From: the human T2T-CHM13v2.0 reference genome, Homo sapiens | Strand: one strand, 5' to 3' | DNA length: 64,000 bases | Assembly (NCBI RefSeq): GCF_009914755.1 | Contig: NC_060931.1 | Shown here: positions 45,566-57,515 of the stretch, one piece after another | How the letters are laid out: the number at the start of each line of letters is the position of its first letter | Position numbering within the stretch: the stretch's first letter is position 1 | The notes under the pieces: model-generated | Told to the model about the DNA's origin: nothing | Seen by the model: only the letters and a program-made list of their open reading frames with translations | Database searches by the model: none | Program-made: the position numbers and the translations under genes

Positions 45566-48500
45566 TACTCTAGCATCTTTTGTTGAAAAACCTACCCTTC
45601 CTGCATTGAATTGCTTTTGTATCTTTGTCAAAATTATCAGTTGAGCATATATATGTGGGTCTACTTCTGGGTTCTCTATTTTGTCCCATTGATCTATGTG
45701 TTTGTCTTTCTGCCAATACCACACAGTCTTGACGACTACAGCCAAGTTTTGGGATCTCGTAGACTGATTCCTCCCACTTTATTCTTTTTTCAAAATTGAT
45801 TTAGTTATTTTAAGTTCTTTGCCTTTCCATATAAGTTTTGGAATAAGTTTGTCTACACCTACAAATATTCTTGCTGAGACTTTGATTGGAATTGCATTAA
45901 ACTGATATGCCAGTTTTGGGAGAATTGATATTTTTACATTGTGGAGTCTTCCAATCCATGAACATGATATGTTTCTCCACTTAGTTCTTCTTTTATTTCT
46001 TTCATCAACATTGTAAATGGCAATGTGCTTTCATTTGGTTTACACATGTTCATTGTTAGCATGTAGAAATGCTATTGACTTTTTTTTGTATGTTGATCTG
46101 GAATCCTGCAACCTTGCTGAACTCACTTATTAGTTCTAAGATTGTTTTTAAATTTTTTAGTAGTTTCTCTGTAGATATCATGTCATCTCAAAATAGGGAC
46201 AATTTTATTTATTCCTTTTCAGTCTATATGCTTTTCATTTATTTTCTTGCCTTATTGCACTGGCTAGAACTTCCAATACTATGTCAAACAAGAGTAGTGA
46301 AAGAGGACATCCTTGCCTTGTTCCCCATCTTAAGGAAAAGCATTCAGTCTTTCACATTAAGTATGACATTAGCTGTAAGGTTTTTGTAGATGCCCTTTAT
46401 CAAGTTGAGGAACTCCTCTCTATTCCTGAGAGTGTTTATCATGAACAAGTGCTGGATTTTGTCAAATGCTTTCTCATGTCAACTGATATAATCACATAAT
46501 TTTTTATTTTTCAGGCAGTTAATATGGTGAATTATATTGATTGTTTTGAAAATATTGAATCAGCCTTGGACACCTAGAATAAATACCACTTGGTTTTGAT
46601 ATATAAGTCTTTTTATATAGTGCTAGATTTGATTTGTTGAAGATTTTTGTGTTTAAGGTCATGAGAGATACTGGTCTATACTTTTCTTGTAGTATCTTTG
46701 GCTGGTTTTGGTATCAGAGTAAACCTGTCCTCATAAATTGAGTTGTGAAGTGTTCCCTCCTCTTTTATCTTCTGGAAGATATTGTAAAATTAGTGTTAAT
46801 TCTTCTTTTAATATTTGGTAGAATTCTTCATTGAGAATTCTACATTAGAGAATTGTACTCTCTAAGTACATTGAGTACCACATCATAGGGTGGTGTAATT
46901 TTTGCTTCAACCATCAAGTATGATTTAAGAGACTCCAAGGTATCCTGGCCTGGAGATGTGTTTTTCAGGAAATTTTAAATTATGAATTCAAATAAAAAAT
47001 ATGAATAATTAAATTTTGAAATTTAATTAAAATTATTAGTAGTTTTGTGGTTGTAAGATTATTCAGATTGCCCACTTCATCTTGATTGAGCTTTAATAGT
47101 TTGTAATTTTCATAGAATTGGTCAATTTCTTTCTAGTTTTTAAATATATTAGTCTAAAGTTGTTTGTAGTAGACCCTTATCCTTTTAGTAGCTGCAGTGT
47201 TTGTAGTGATATCCCATTTCATTCCTGATGTTGGTGTTTTGTGTCTTCTCTCTTTTATCTTTGTTAGTCTTGTTCGAGGTTTATCCATTTTATTGATATT
47301 TTCCAAAGAACCAGTTTTTCGTTCATCAGTTTTTCTGTGGTTTTTGTTTTCAGGTTCATAGAGTTCTGCACTTTTTTTTTTATTATTTCCTTTCCTGTGC
47401 TTGATAAGGTTCTTTGTTCTTCTTTTTCTAGTTTCTTGAGATGGGAGCATAGACGATTCATTTAAGATCTTTCCTCTTTTCTAAAGTAGCATTTAGTGCT
47501 ATCAATTTCTCTCTCCACATTGCTTTAGCTGCAGCCACACATTTTGATATATTGTTATCTAGTCATTACATTATATTCACCATTATAGTAGTGTATTTGT
47601 TCTCTTTTATTCCTTCTGCTCCTTGTTTCATTTTTCTTACCTTTTTGTGGATAACTTGAACATTTTTCAGAATTCCATTTTGGCTTATCATAATTTTAAA
47701 ATAGTTTTTCTTAGTTCTTGTGTAAATACACATATATAATTTATCACAATCTATGAGTATGAATGCCTTACCATTTTGAGTGATATGTAGAAATCTTACT
47801 TCCATTTTGGACCTTTTAGCCTCCTTACTTTTAAAATATAATTGTCTTAAGTATATCTTCTAAGTGCATTGAGTACCACATCATATGGTGGTGAAATTTT
47901 TGCTTCAACCATCAAGAATGATTTAAGAGACTCCTGAGAAGGATAGTCTATTATTTTTATCCATTTCATTGTCCTTTCCTTTCTGAAGTTCCAAACTTTC
48001 TTCTGTTATCATCTCCCTTTCCTTTCTGTTTGGAGAACATCCTTCAGCCATTCTTTAAGGGTAAATATGTGAGTGACAAAATCTCTTAGTTTTCCTTCAT
48101 CAGAGAATGCCATTATTTCCACTTTTCTCCTGAAGGATACTTTCACCAAATAGATGACTTGTGATTGACAGCTATTTCCTTTCAGCACTTGAAAAATGTG
48201 CCACTTCCTTCTGGCTTCCATGGTTCCTGATAAAAAAAACCTGCTGTCCTTTGAACTGGTGTTCCCTATAGATAATACATTATTTCTCTCTGGCTGTTTT
48301 CAAGATGTTTTTCTTTCTTTTTTAGTTTTCAGAAGTTTAACTATGAGGTATCTTGGCATGGATTTCCTTGGGTTCATCTGAGTTGAGATTCACTCAGCTT
48401 CTTGAATATGTAGGTTTATGTCTTTTGCAAAATTCAGAAATTTTCAGCTGTTATTTCTTCAAGCCAAGGTGACTTTTAAGCACATTGTATATTTGAGAAA

Positions 48501-49564
48501 CATTGCTCTGGAGGGGGGTTGAGAGATCCAAGGACTTCTCAAATTGTATGCAGAATGCTGTTAAGTGTCCACAGCTTTCATTAGATTCTCAAAAGACTCC
48601 ATGACCCTCACCATACATTTTATAAAAGAATTGGTTTATGGCCTTATTGAGTTGTTTTTTGTTTTCTTGGTTAAAATCAGTAAAAGCAAACAAACAAACA
48701 CAAAAAGTAGTTAGTATTCTTTTCTTTCTTTGTACCACATCTGTTGAATTCCTGTTTCTCAAAGATTTTCCTGACAATTTTGGAAAATACGATGACTCAG
48801 GTAAATGTTTTCCAAGTGCCTAATATGTGCCAGACAAATATTTTTATTGTTTTCCATAGTTAATGAGAAGGAGAAGAATTTAAAACAATTAATATCATTT
48901 GGGTTTATGAAAAGTTCTTGGTAAATAAGTGCTAGAGTAAAATTGGCTGCTTTTCAGTGTGACTTTCCCCTTTAAAATCTGTTCCTTACTGCTCTGAGCT
49001 GGATACACCAGCGATCAAATTACATCCCTGAAAGTATAATTTCATACACCGAAAACATGTCATTACACAGTGGGCCGCTTGTCATCACTCTGGCTTGCTT
49101 TGCACAGTTGGTAGTCCGGCACTCACGGTTCCCCCAAGCAGGCTTGTCCCTGGCTCAACTGCTCTAGCTGATTCCTCCAGCCAGCAGACCCTCACCTCCT
49201 TTGTCACCCCTTATTCCTGGACTAACTTTTGCTCATCTTCCAGAACTCAGCTTGGGAAGCACCACCTCTGGGAAGCCTTCAGTCTCTTTTCTCCAAGCAT
49301 TGAGTTGAGTGTGCCTCCAGGGTCACTCATGCCTGCCAGAACATCACGCTGTATATTAATTGCCTAATTGTCTCTCCTGTCAGATAGTCAGACCCTTGGA
49401 AACTGTGACTGGGTCTTGATTTGCTTTCGTGCCCCCAGTACTTTTGTAAGTATAATATGACATGTGTTTACGCACTATCTCCAGTTAGAGTTCACGCCAC
49501 CAGCTGACTGACTGACTGAGCCTTTCATCCATATTTTCATTAATGTCATTAAGTATCTGTTGAG

Positions 49565-49865
<301 letters not shown>

Positions 49866-50369
49866 TAAAAAGTACCTGTTGAGCTCCTTTATATATAGGT
49901 GTGGCGACCAGATATTCAGTTCTTCCCAAGCAGGTTTAATCTTTCCTCACAAGCATCTGTTTATTAATTCACTTTAGACTTTTTCTGAGAATTGGTATAA
50001 AGGTTATTGGTCTTTTGCTAGAATTCCTATCTTTCCGTTTTGGGGAAATATGGATAACACCGACCTCTGCCATTTTCCTTCTTTGTCTTACTACTGGATC
50101 TTATGAACCCTTTATTATTACATTTACATGTATAGCTCTGTCTTTCCTATTAGGCTGTAATAAGCTCCTTGGGCAGGGAGTGTATCTTATTCAACCCAGA
50201 GTCTCCAGGGACCGGTGCAAGGTGGCATTCCATGAGTGCTGGTGGAAAGAAATTTGATGTTAGATCATCACAGCTATATGGTTGCTTATGATTGGAACAT
50301 ATGTTTCCTCATCGTCTCCATACCTTTACTTCCTAGTTATCTTTTATCCCTCATTCTAAGCTACCGTGA

Positions 50370-50714
<345 letters not shown>

Positions 50715-51103
50715 TAACATTTACATTTAAGAAATGCTTCAAGAAAGCTAAAGCTCAAGGGAAGCTGAGGCTATTAAAAATGCTAAAACCAAGAGGGTTT
50801 TCTAAAGCTGGGTTCAAAGCCGGGGGAATCCAGAGGGCACAGGCCAAGTGACTGACGGAGAATGAGCTAGGCTAATAAATATTAGTTGGAAAGCAAAATT
50901 TTGAGGTTCTTGCACTTACATCTTTCCCAGAAAGTATAAGAGTATTAAGGCTGGAAAGGGAAGTCAAGCAAAATTAGGAGAGAAATTTGTCCCCTAGTAA
51001 GAGAAGGAAACTTTAAGAGGGCTCCTTTACATTAGGTCAAGTCTCCAGCCTACATGCATGTACATATCCCTTTGTTTTTGGAAAGTAAATGTCCTACTAT
51101 TTA

Positions 51104-51495
<392 letters not shown>

Positions 51496-51509
51496 AATGG
51501 CAGATATCA

Positions 51510-51640
51510 GTGCTAACCATTTTCCAAAAATAGGGAGATAGGCATTCTAGCAGAGAAGACCAGTAACCTTTACGTTGATTCTTGGAAAAAGTCTAAAGTG
51601 AATTAATAAACATGTTTGTGAGAACTCAGAGAATCACCTT
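51510..51640 (+). mobile_element. CR1/L3 LINE ORF2 fragment
   Basis: Translates RPVTFTLILGKSLK*INKHVCENSE, similar to CR1 RPVSLT.IPGKILE.IIK..VCEHLE. Confidence 0.6.
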
Positions 51641-51699
51641 GCCAACCATTTTTGGGGGGTTCCAATTAGACCTCACTTTTCATTCTTTTAGGGAAGTAC

Positions 51700-52185
51700 G
51701 TATTCATTCTTTTGTTGATTATGTGGCAAACTTTTTCATACCTGCCATATGCCAGGCACTGTGTAGGTGCTGACTGTAAAGAGACAGTGTCCCTCGAGGA
51801 ACTCTCGGTTTAGTGAGGGAGGCAGACAAGGAAAGGGACCAGCACAATGCAGTGTGGTGAGTGCTCCTGAGGTGGGGAGCCCAGGCCACCAGGATGCAGA
51901 CAGAGGAAAGCTTATTGGGTGTGAGGTGCTTGGGGCTGAGTCTTAAAGAAATTAGAGAAAGTCCCCCTGCCTGTGTTCCGAACTAGGTGAGCCATCCAGA
52001 GTGTGTCCTTGTCATCGCAAGAGCTTATGAGATGAGTACAATTATCATCTCTATTTTATAGACAAAGAAACTAAGGTTCAGAGAGGCTAAATGATCAACC
52101 CTGGTAACATGGCTTAACACGAGGAAGAGCAGGGATTCATGTGCCATCTCTCAACTTAAGTCTAGAGCTCTTTTTACTGCCAAAG
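51700..52185 (-). mobile_element. L2 3' fragment (51700-51960) and MIR (52030-52185)
   Basis: cctgccatatgccaggcactgtgtaggtgctg and ctattttatagacaaagaaactaaggttcagagagg. Confidence 0.75.
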
Positions 52186-53239
52186 CTGTGACAGCTGCCT
52201 CAGTGACATTTCAGGATGTCAAGGTTGAGTGGAGTAATTGGCCACTCACCCAAAATTTGCTCATCTTCTTCCAGCCCCAGAGCATCATGCCCAACTCCAG
52301 ACATCACGTGGCCTCTAGAGGGATGTGGCCTGGAGGGAGGCGGCTGGCCTGCTACCTCCATCCCTTCAGGATGGCCGAAGGAATTGCAGAAGTTTAACTG
52401 CTTCTCTGCTGCCTCTAGATTCTCTTTCCCAAACACTGCATTGCTATCTCCTCGCTCAAAGTCCCCTGGAAGCCGTCTGTCAAGAAACTGATTCTGATTA
52501 TTAAATGCAGCTGTAGCTTGTTGCTCCATCAGCCTCAGCAAGGAGTGCTGATTAAAGAAGTTGGAGAAGCCAATAAGTCAAAGTGCACGGACCACCAAGC
52601 CACATCCTGGCAAGCAGTAAAGGTACTCCCAGGAGCCTGTCATAGCACTTGAGACTGTCTGAGCCCCTAAGCCATGAGACGGCACTTGCCAACTGGTGTC
52701 TCCATATTTCCTCCCATGATACCAGGACATGTGACCCTGAGAGCTGACCTAGAAGAGGTCAATGATTTGGCCTGCTAGGGGCAGACATACTCAATGCACA
52801 TGTCCAAGCAAGGAGGACACAATAATATTGCCCTCAGCTTTGATCAATTTATCCTCCAAGCCATTTGTCTGCCGTTTCTAATTTCTTTCACCATCCCCTC
52901 ACCCACCCCTCCACGCAGACTAGGTCCAGTGCCCCAAACTCCAGAGTAGAGTTCCAATTTTCGTCCTCTTCCACTCAGCACAGGATTAAGCCTTCAGGAC
53001 TAAGTTCAAGTTCCCTAGACGATATTTAAGGGCCCTTGTGTCTTAGATCCATTGTGTGTGCTCCACCCTGTCTCTCACTGCTCCCCAATACAAATCGTCA
53101 CTCCAGCCTCTCCCTGCTCACCCTCACCTGCTCTGGAGAGACCTGACCTCTGCCTTGCTCACGCTGACACTGCCTCAGAATTGAAGGCAGTGTAACAGTG
53201 GGGCTCATATTGATTATGACGTGAGCTTGAGCACATATC

Positions 53240-53546
53240 TTTTTTTTTTTTTTTTTGGAGACACGGTCTTGCTCTGTCACCCAGGCTGGAGTTCAGTGGT
53301 GTGATCAGAGCTCACTGCAGCCTCAAACTCCTGGGCCCAAGTGATCCTCCCACCTCAGCCTCCTAGGTAGCTGGGACTGCATGTGTGTGCCACCATGCCT
53401 GGCTAATTTTAAAAAAAAAAAATTTGGCAGAGATGGGGGTCTTACTATGTCGCCAAGGTTAGTCTCGAGCTCCTGGCCTCAGGTGATCCTCTCACCTTGG
53501 CCTCCCAAATTGTTGGGATTATAGCCCTGAGCCACTGTACCTGGCC
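53240..53546 (-). mobile_element. AluJ
   Basis: Antisense dimer with TSD-like cacat(a/t)tctt. Confidence 0.93.
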
Positions 53547-53572
53547 ACATTTCTTAACTTAAAAAAGAGCTG

Positions 53573-53696
53573 GGGCAGCTCTTTTTAAAAATATCCATGG
53601 AAAGTGGAGCTGAATCAACATGACTCAGCAGAAATGGTCACAACCAGTGGCAGAACTTCTTATTCTTGGCCTCCTCTCAAGGCCTGGAGTTGGGGG
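53573..53696 (+). repeat. Dispersed direct repeat A, copy 1 (~123 bp; copy 2 at 55346-55468)
   Basis: About 12 differences between the copies (~90% identity by hand alignment). Confidence 0.95.
53609..53634 (+). promoter_or_regulatory. NF-E2/NRF2 (CNC-sMaf) ARE motif, extended consensus
   Basis: TCAACATGACTCAGCAGAAA matches TMAnnRTGAYnnnGCR and is preceded by the inverted half-site GCTGAATCA. Motif match only; function not shown. Confidence 0.65.
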
Positions 53697-54149
53697 ATAT
53701 GATCCACCTTACTGGGCTGTCATAAAGCCACATGGGATCATGCATATAACCTCTCCCTCTACACAGTACTTGGCAGGTGACACATTACTGCTTCTCACAA
53801 GAAAACCCTCCACCTCTTCCACACCCATCCAAACTCTTGCTGTTCTTCAAGACACTCCTCAGATACTGCCTCCTCCAGGAAGCCTTCCCTGCCTCCATCC
53901 ACATGCACTTTTCCCCTTCCCTGAACTCTGGCAGCGCTCACCATGTGTGTCACTCGTTGTCACAGTTGATCCCCTTGTGCCTTCCAGTATTTACAGTGAA
54001 GGAGGATATGGCTTTCACTCTAGCTTGATTATTAGCTCTTTAAGGCCAAGAACTGTATCTTGTATTTTTTTTAAACCCCATGACATAAACACATATTGAC
54101 TCTTCAGCATCCAATATATTCTTGTTCCAACTGAATGGAATTTCCATCA

Positions 54150-54575
54150 ACTTGACATTCCTCCCAGAAGAATGAGGTATTACTTGAACCTGGAGTTGCA
54201 ATATAGTCTTCTTCGTCTCGGTCATTCACAAACACGTAAAAAGACCCATCATAGATAAGATCTCCAGGAAATCCCAGTGTTTATAGTTTTCCATCTGGGA
54301 ATGCATCCACTTATGTGTAGCTTTGTTTATGGTCTTTAAGCCAATTCCATATCGATGGTAAAACAACCCTTAGTGACTCAATTTTTTAAAAAACAGTCTT
54401 TAAAGTGGGATTTTCTCACAGGTTTTTGAAAGTCAAATTAAATTGGGTTCTGTGGTTCCCTCTTATCCATATGCTTATTTATCTGCTCAAAGAACTCAAG
54501 GAGATTAGTGAGACGTGATTTCTCCTTACTGACACCACGTTGCCTTCCCTCTAATAGGCCATGTTTACTTAAGCG
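54150..54575 (-). mobile_element. CR1/L3-class LINE reverse transcriptase fossil
   Basis: Minus strand reads KHGLLEGRQRGVSKEKSRLTNLLEFFEQINKHMDKREPQNPI*FDFQK, matching CR1 QHGF.KGKSCLTNLLEFFE.V.K..D.G..VD.VYLDFQK. Confidence 0.85.
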
Positions 54576-55345
54576 TTCAGCAATTCAGCTTTATTATACA
54601 TTCACTCGGTAAACATTAAATGCTTACTCCATGCAGGCTGCTACCAAACGGTCCCTTGTGATACAGAAAATACCTCGGCATATTAGTTTGATAAATTAAG
54701 TGAAAAGGAATTTAAATAATGCATGCTCTCATTCTCCAACAGGGAGAGCCCATGTCTGCTCACAAATTCAGGCTTGAGTTACGTTGAGTTTTGTCCCTGG
54801 ACAGCCTGGTGGAGAAGGGCCCTGATTTGGGAAGCTGGATTTAGCTCTGAAATTTGACATGAGCCGTAAGCATCCCATGAGGGATCCATAGAGCATATTC
54901 ACTGGAGGTGGGGGTGATGCAACAGGGAGCTCCCTGACATACAACAACATTGAACAAATGTGTGAATTCAAATATCATCCTGTGAAATATTCTTTTCCAA
55001 ACTCCAGAACACTGGCTGGAGCAGACTGTGGGTTGGATCCGGAGCGGCAGTTCTTAATGTCATGCTTTCCCATTCACAGTTTTTGGGCCTCTGGAGTCTG
55101 TGCAATGTCTCTGCTTCATCTTGCTCATTTTCCACGTGGACCTTGTAGGTCTCTATCAATGTCCTCAGTGCTTCCTGAAACTGCTCCATGATGGTGCAAC
55201 CACAGCTTATCATTAAACCCAAATCAATCTTCTTGGCACTTATAGAAGCTCAGTCGTCCTGGTACATCAGGACTCGGATGTTTCTATTTAGATATTTTCA
55301 ATGAGCTCTTCTTTGCTGTCAGGTACGGTACCTAATGAAACCATA

Positions 55346-55468
55346 GGGCAGCTCTTTTTTAAATATCTGTGGAAAATGGAGCTGAGTCCACATGACTCAG
55401 CAGAAATGGTCACAACCAGAGGCAGAACTTCTTGTTCTTGGCCTCCTATCAAGGCCTAGAGTTAGGGA
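55346..55468 (+). repeat. Dispersed direct repeat A, copy 2
   Basis: Aligns with 53573-53696. Confidence 0.95.
55381..55406 (+). promoter_or_regulatory. Second NF-E2/NRF2 ARE motif
   Basis: ATGACTCAGCA at 55392-55402, preceded by GCTGAGTCC. Motif match only. Confidence 0.6.
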
Positions 55469-57349
55469 GCTGTGGGAAGGGTGATAAGAGGTAAGCCAGT
55501 CTTTGGCCCATGTTAGCTTGGTCTGGTCAGATAGGCATGTCAGGGATGTGTCAAAACACTAAGCCTAGTGCTTTGGAGATGTGGGTTCTGGTCTGGAGTG
55601 GCAGTATGGAGTGCCATCTCTCAGGTCCTCATGAGCAACACAGAGGTCACCTCTCCAGGCACAGGTCGAGCCACACCACTGACACACAAGAGTCACGTCC
55701 AAAGCCATGTGATGGACGTGGTGGGTGGTTTTATCCCGAACCATCAATACCCGGCACCCTGGCTGCCCCAGGTTCAGCCTCTCAGGGGCTGCTTCACTCG
55801 CTCTCCACACAGCTGTGAACATTGCAGGATGAGTCACTGTGAAACCACAAACTCCTTGGCATTGGTGAAGATGACTAAAGTTATAGGCAAATTAGTCACT
55901 GGAAACCTTCCTGTCCTCTGTATCTGCAGCAGCCTCCTATCGAAGGAAGAAAAGAGTATGTTGGCTCATTGCAGAGCTAATTGGCAAGGAAAGCTCAATT
56001 CAGGGCTACAGGTGAGTCAGACGCCCTTGTGCGGGGGCCACAGGGACCCGCCTGCTGGCATCCATTGAGGAGAGAGGGGCCCTTGGCAGACTTGCCATAA
56101 AACCGCCCCCCTTGAACTCATTCCTACACCTGTAACCACTGACAGTTTTTGAAAACTGTTCACCTGGAGTTCCTGGTTCTCTTTCTCTTAAATCAAACAT
56201 TGAGTAAATGAAGACACTCAGATGTTCAAACATGTGCATCAAGATTTTACTTGTGAGAGTGGTTGCCATGCATGACCTAGGGAAGCTCTCATGGCTTCAG
56301 TCAAACCTTGCCAACTTTTTTTAGCTGTGCATTTCTTGAGAAAGGTCAACTCACATTACGGGTCTACAGCTCTGAGCAAGGGAGAAGTTCTTCCTGAAAG
56401 CACAAACAGACTACAGAGGGCAGTGAAACCAGAAACACAGGTGTGCAACCTCATTTGCCTGCCCCCGTCTCTATTTTGAGGCCTCTTTGTTTTATGTGAC
56501 CTCCGTCTCCTTCTCTGCCGCAATCTTCTTCTTATAACACCCACTTTCTTCTTTTAATTTCCCCCTCTTCTAAGCCATAGCCCAGTGGTATGGCGAAAGG
56601 TCTTTGCTGTGCATAGGAAACCCTCCAATCTGAACTGGAAGCTTCCTGTTGCAGGATGGGCTGCCCCATTGGAATTCCCAGGTGACAGTCGCAATGGGAT
56701 GCCTGTCCCCTGCAGGTCTCCCATTTCACCTGCTTTTCTAATGTCTGGACATGGCTAAGTCCTAGAAAAGCCAGATCCATGGCATTACATTTAATCAGTA
56801 CAACACACTGAGCTTCGTTTCCAACATGGTAGCTAAGTTTTAATTCTAACATCTTTAAAAGTACTGAGTGTCTTGTGATGCCTTGGGAACACAGGAATAG
56901 TGTTAAGTGGTGTTGATTCTCAATGCTCAAATGTACTTCTCTCTGCCTTGCAGAGATTTTTCTAAAATTTCAAGACCTTGTTGAAAATGATTTCATATTT
57001 TTGTGTCTTACTAGACTCTTGGTTCAGCAGGAAGCTATCTTTATATATTTTTTTAACAAAAAGAAATTAGTAAAAGCTTGCTCTGATATTTATGCCATAT
57101 TTCCCTAACTTTTGTCGTGGCAGAAGTAGAAATAAGTGTGTAAACCAGGAGATTAATATCTACAATTTAGGCATGAGAATAGAGAAATAAACCATAAAAT
57201 CAATTCTTATCTCTCAATGGATATATTCCAGAACATTCCATGGAAATCAAGTGACTAAGTCCTGATCCTCCCTGTCTTTCTCCGCCCCAATCTCCTTCTT
57301 ATGACATTCCCTTTCTTCTTCCCATTTTCCCTCTTCTAAGCCATAGCTC

Positions 57350-57515
57350 AGTAGTATGGTGAAATGTCTTTGATTTTAGTTTAAAGAAATGAAATCAGAT
57401 TCCAGATTTGCTACCTCTTATTAGTTGTGTGGCCTTCAGACAATCCTTTAACCTCCTGATTCTCAATTTCCTCCTGTGTAAAATACATTAGACTAGCTAA
57501 TCCCTAAGGTCTGTT
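57350..57515 (+). mobile_element. MIR SINE
   Basis: cttattagttgtgtggccttcagacaatcctttaacctcctgattctcaatttcctcctgtgtaaaat. Confidence 0.75.

Larger units (their letters stand above)
41131..48468 (-). mobile_element. Old L1 (L1MC/MD-like), from ORF1 C-terminus to 3' end, hosting nested L1PB and Alu insertions
   Basis: 3' end ttttaattttgaaataattataga..cccagcttcccccaatggtaac. ORF2 remnants (KTVWYWQKDKHIDQW) and ORF1 remnant (MEARRKWHIFQVLK..FSDEGKLRDFV, 48009-48221). gtgactttt(t)a flanks both sides. Confidence 0.88.
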
